A stretch of DNA of 64,000 nucleotides from Rhizaria sp. SCN 62-66 (taxonomy: Eukaryota), in contig MEDY01000292.1 of assembly GCA_001724265.1 (NCBI GenBank), positions 1 to 64,000 on the forward strand, in the 5' to 3' direction. The first letter of the stretch is position 1, and each line of letters opens with the position of its first letter. A program made the translations under genes and the position numbers. The notes under the pieces are model-generated. The model ran no database searches. It worked only from the letters and a program-made list of their open reading frames with translations, and was not told the DNA's origin. This document shows positions 59,671 through 64,000 of the stretch, one piece after another.

Positions 59671-62600
59671 GCAACGGCAACGGCAGCTCCAACAAACCTG
59701 AACACCAATACCAGCACAAACTCAAGTACCACCACCAGCACGACTCTCACTGACCCGAACGCCAAGACCAATCCGACCGTTAATGCCCCGATGCCACCGC
59801 CACCGCTGCTGCCGCCGCCGCTGCCCCCGCGCAGCTCCCCGCTCGCGGCCGCGGTGCTGCTGTTTAAGGGCCGGGCTCTGCTTACGGTCACGCAGGCGCG
59901 CTCCGTGGCGACGGCGGCGCTGCATCACAGGTACCTCGCCCTTGCCCGTCTGCCTCCCAGTACCGGCAGCAGCGTCAACGCCAACAAGTCTCGTATGCAC
60001 GCTGAACAGCAGCAAGAGCAGTGTCAGTGCGGCTGTGTAACGACGAGTAAATCCCTGTCACCCGCTTGTATTGGACCCGCCCCCTCGCCGCCGCCTCTGC
60101 TGCCCACGGCCCCATTCGCCCGCCTGCCGCCCGCGGTGCGCGGCGCGCTGGCTGCCGCGGCCGCGGGAGTCGGCCGGCTTGGCGCGCGGGCTGCCGCGGC
60201 CGCGGTGGCGGCGAACGAGGCCGTGAGCGCGGTCGAGAAGGGGCTGCGCAAGCTCGTGCTTGCGGTCACCGCGCTGAACCGCATTGCGGCCGTGCGCAAC
60301 CATAGCAGCGGCAGCAACAATATTGGCAGCGAGCATGACAAGCAAGTGACGGTGGGCGGTGCCCATAGTCTGAGTAACACTGATAGAAACAACTTCGACA
60401 CTGTCGCAACCAGTGATGTTGCTGAAGCGTCTGCCGCCGCTGCTAGTAACGCTGCATTACACGCTGCCGCCCTATCTCTGCTCTCTGCACTAGGTGCCGT
60501 CATCACAACTACGGCCGCCGCAGCCGAGGCCGCCGCAACCGCCTCCGCCGCGGCTCTGGCCGCCGCAGCCGCCACGGCCGCCGCGCGCGCGGGCCCAGGC
60601 GCCGGCCCGGCCTCCGCCGCCGCCGCCGCTGCCCACAGTCATCTCACAGGAGGAGGCGGCGGCGGCGGCGGCGGTGCTGGGGGCTGGGGCGGGTTTGAGA
60701 CCAGCGACTCCGACAACGGCGCCATTGCAACCTCAACAGCTCCAGCATCGGCCGCAGCCCACAGCGATACGTCGGATGCCGACGCTGGCTTGAGCGCGAG
60801 CGCGAGCGTCGGTGCCGGCGTCGCAGGCTGGGGCGGCAAGGGCTGGGTGGCGGGCTCGCTGGCCGTCAACAGGCTGCGGGCGCTGGGCAAGGAGGCCGCG
60901 ACATCTGTGGCGACTCTGCTGAGGCCGGCGGCCGCAGCGGCGGTCACGGCGGCGGCGGCGACTGCTGCGGCGGCGGCGAACGCTGCGGCGGAGGCGAACG
61001 CGAACGCTGTGCTTGCCCGCAAGAGCGGCAGCAAGATGAAGAGCAAGGACAAGAGCTCGGATGCTAGTGCTCATGCAAGTAGTAGTGCCGCCTCAGTTGG
61101 CGTGAGCGGAGTCCAGGTGTCGTCCTTGGTCGCAAGCGACGGCGCGATCCGCAAATGCTGCCAGTTGCTGCTGCAGCAACAGCAACAAGGTGTTCATGCT
61201 AACGCTGACGTGAGCGATCGTCTTGCCGATGGAATTGCAGGTAATGATGGCATCAGCAGTTCAGGACTACTCACGGTCACTCGTGTGCTCACAGTCACTG
61301 CTTTACGTCTTGTGCTGCAACTACTGCTGCCATCAACAGCAACAGCAACAGCAACAACGCCAGCAGCAGCAGGAGGCTCCCACTTGCATTTCGGCTCAGA
61401 AGCTCAAGCAATCAAGTTTATTAGTCATGACTTATTCTCAAGTCGTAATGCAAACATCAACAGTGGCTCCATCACGAATGCTAATGCAACTACAGCTGCT
61501 AAGAAGACGAATGTAAATCCGCATGGGAGTGTAAGTGCCCCGCAACACATCACCCTCAGTCTCCCTTCCACTTACAAGTACTACCACTAGTACTCACCTG
61601 AACAACTCCAGCAACAACAGGAGCAAACTAAGGAGACGGGCACAAACACTGGCGCTAATCCTGACACCCGCAGCCGCAGTGATCGTGCTCGCCGCGGCCG
61701 ATACGTGACGCTGTCGCTGCCTCTCACGGTTACTCTGCCGCTGGCATTGACGCCCATGGCAGTTGCGACGCTTGTCGCCGCTGCCACGGCTGCTGTGACC
61801 AACTCTAGCCTCAACAGCCTTGCAATGACAGCGACCGCCGTGGACTCACTGCCGCTGCCGTGCTCTGCGCTGCCTCTCCCTCCTCTGCCTTCTCTCATCG
61901 CAACCGCAACCAGTGTGACGACGGCACTCGCCCCGTTTGCGGGCGTTGTCGGCATCTACGCCTCGCTCACCCGCGGCAACGGCGGTCTCAGCACCCTCAT
62001 CGGCGGCAATGTAAGTGCTCCTGGTTCAGGTGGTCTAAGCACCTTCAGCAATCTCAACGGGAACACTCACCACAGTGCGGGGCTCGGGCGGCTTGTTTTC
62101 GATATGAACAAAATCATCCCTTTCATCTCCCCCTCAACCAGCGCAAGCAACGTCAATGCGAGCACTGCTAACCTTCACAATGCGGGCAGCGGCGGCCTCA
62201 ACAGGGGCGCGGCAGCGGTGGCAGCGCTCGCCGCGGCGACGGCGGCGGCAGCGGCGGCCTCAGCAGCAGCCGCAGCGGCGGCCAGGGGCCAGCAGCCACA
62301 GCCGCTGTCGCACGGCAGCAGCGACGCGTTGGCGGCTGCGGCGGCGGCGGTCACTGCGGGCGCGGTTGGCGCGAGCGTAAGCATTGGCAGTCTTGTTGCT
62401 CCAACACGAGGAGTGAATGCAGCTCCAAACAAATCTGCGTCGATCACATTGCTCAGTCAAGACAACTCTGACCAAGATGGCGACGGTGAGTATGACGACA
62501 ATCGCGTTCACCGCTCCAGCATTGACGACGATAACGATGATGCGACGACATTAAGCAAGAGCAAGAGCATCAAAATGACCGACAAGGACGACGGCAACGA

Positions 62601-64000
62601 CGACGGCGATGACTATGGCTTTGTGTCCGCGGCTGTCGCAGCCGCAGGAGCAGAGACGGAGGCTGATGTTGACGCTGAGCTTGACACTGACGACAACAGC
62701 AGTGATGTTGCTGCTCTTGTTCGCTTGTATCCGTACATTCCTCGTTACTTGCAGCCACAATTGCCTCTCACGATTGTCGATCTTCCCCCTTACATTCAGA
62801 AGACACGTCTAAGTGTCGTTAACTTGAACAGTAACGTGATGAATCAGAAGATCGGCGATGACACTTCAAACGCAAAGAGTGACGACGATAGTGACAAAGA
62901 CAACGACAGCGATGACAACAACGAGACGAACAGCGGCTCTGGTTACGACAACGATGATGACGATGATGACCATCACAATTTGTTGGAGCTTCTCCTCGGC
63001 GGCAGGTCACAAACCCAAGGCGGCCTAACTTCTGTGTTCAGCGGGCCTGTCTCGCACCGGTCCCCGCTGTCCCGCGCCCACAGTCACTTTTTAATCACAG
63101 CAGTTTCATCAGCACAACAACAGCACCAACTACAGCTACTCCAACTGCACCAGCGACATCGACAGCGGCAGCAGCAGCAGCTGCAGCAAGAGCTGTCGAC
63201 GATGCCTCACTACAACATCCGTGCCTTTCACGGCCCTTTCTCCCCCCGCTCCCTCACTGTGGTGTCGCGCAGCAGCCCCGGCCTCCGCGCCCCGCGCGCG
63301 CTTCTGTCGATGCTCTCGGCGACGCTGCCGCCCTCGCACCCGCTGCTGCTGCTGCCTACCGCCGTCCGCCACTTTCCGCCCTGCGCGCTGCGGCTCATCC
63401 TCACGCTCGCCGCGCACAGGCATCTTAAGTACTTCGGCCGCGTACAGCTCAACCTCTTTTTTCGGTCCCTCGGCCTGCCCGTCGAAAACGCGATCGCTTT
63501 TTGGCGCGACGGCCTCACCGCCAAGGCTCGGCCGAAGAGTAGCCCCAACCCCGGTGCGAGCTCTAGCAGCAACGCTAGCGCCGGCGCCGGTGCCAGTGCT
63601 GCTGGCTTCGGTGGCGGTGTGAGCATTGCGTTTGGCGGCGTCAGTGTCGCTGTCGCTAGGCGCGTCGGCCTGCTGTCGGTCGACAACGCCGCTGTCGCTC
63701 TCGGGCTGACTGACACCGAAACAACAACTACTACCACGACGACGACGACGACGACGACGACGAGTGGTGTTGGTTCTAAGTCGTCTAAGTACACTGCGGC
63801 CTCGTCTAAGTACCGCCGCAGCGGCAAGAACCTCATGTATGACAGTGATCCGAACAACGCAAACGACGACGAGGCCGGTGACCATGATGACGACGACGTT
63901 GTGATTGCCAAAACTACCGCAGACTTGATCGATAACACCAGCTCGAGTGCTTGTGCGAGTGCAAGCGACAACGGGACCGTGACTGAGTCCGGGACTGAGA
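56649..64000 (+). CDS. PRIM2: DNA primase large subunit (PRIM2/PriL), greatly expanded, 3'-truncated by the window edge; exons 56649-57609 and 57740->64000; in-frame TAG at 61588-61590
   Basis: After the TAG the frame stays open to 64000 (missed by the ORF track). At 63367-63507 it encodes RHFPPCALRLILTLAAHRHLKYFGRVQLNLFFRSLGLPVENAIAFWR, matching the p58C Fe-S domain pattern FP.CM..L...L....HL.H.GR.Q..LFLK.IGL..E.A..FWR. Weaker N-domain-like motifs lie upstream of the TAG: FVMVPAVALIHL (~59305) and VLLFKGRALL (~59854). Intron GTACGT...TAG is phase-compatible. Confidence 0.82.

Noticed and set aside
1-64000. CRISPR array, rRNA, tRNA (including a suppressor tRNA-CUA) or intact transposon
   Set aside because: No repeat-spacer array, rRNA-like block or transposase was seen. 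No tRNA was recognised by eye in the spacers; tRNAscan-SE would be needed to exclude one.

Overview
Eukaryotic, protist-like nuclear DNA. It has long GC-rich exons full of low-complexity Ala/Ser/Gly/Asn/Gln tracts, short AT-rich spacers, and 100-233 nt GT-AG introns whose donors almost all read GTACG. About 11 genes can be modelled: a 2316-aa unknown protein, a giant BRCA2 homolog, two paralogous Cys-rich proteins flanking a Crinkler-like REase+kinase gene and a decayed tyrosine-recombinase/protelomerase-like fragment, a frameshifted DUF3541-like gene, an SQ-rich protein, a secreted Ala/Thr/Pro/Gly-rich protein, CTU1, a giant P4-ATPase, and a giant DNA primase large subunit (PRIM2) running off the window end. 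The main result is that the organism appears to use a non-standard nuclear code in which TAG is a sense codon (most likely Gln) while TAA and TGA remain stops. Thirteen in-frame TAGs fall in five reading frames, including BRCA2 and PRIM2, and three of them sit inside a poly-Gln tract. Every modelled gene ends in TAA or TGA (one after reading through a final TAG). A second unexplained signal is three short DNA motif families (12-20 nt) that recur inside exons on both strands and in several reading frames. All family assignments come from motif recognition by eye; no searches were run.
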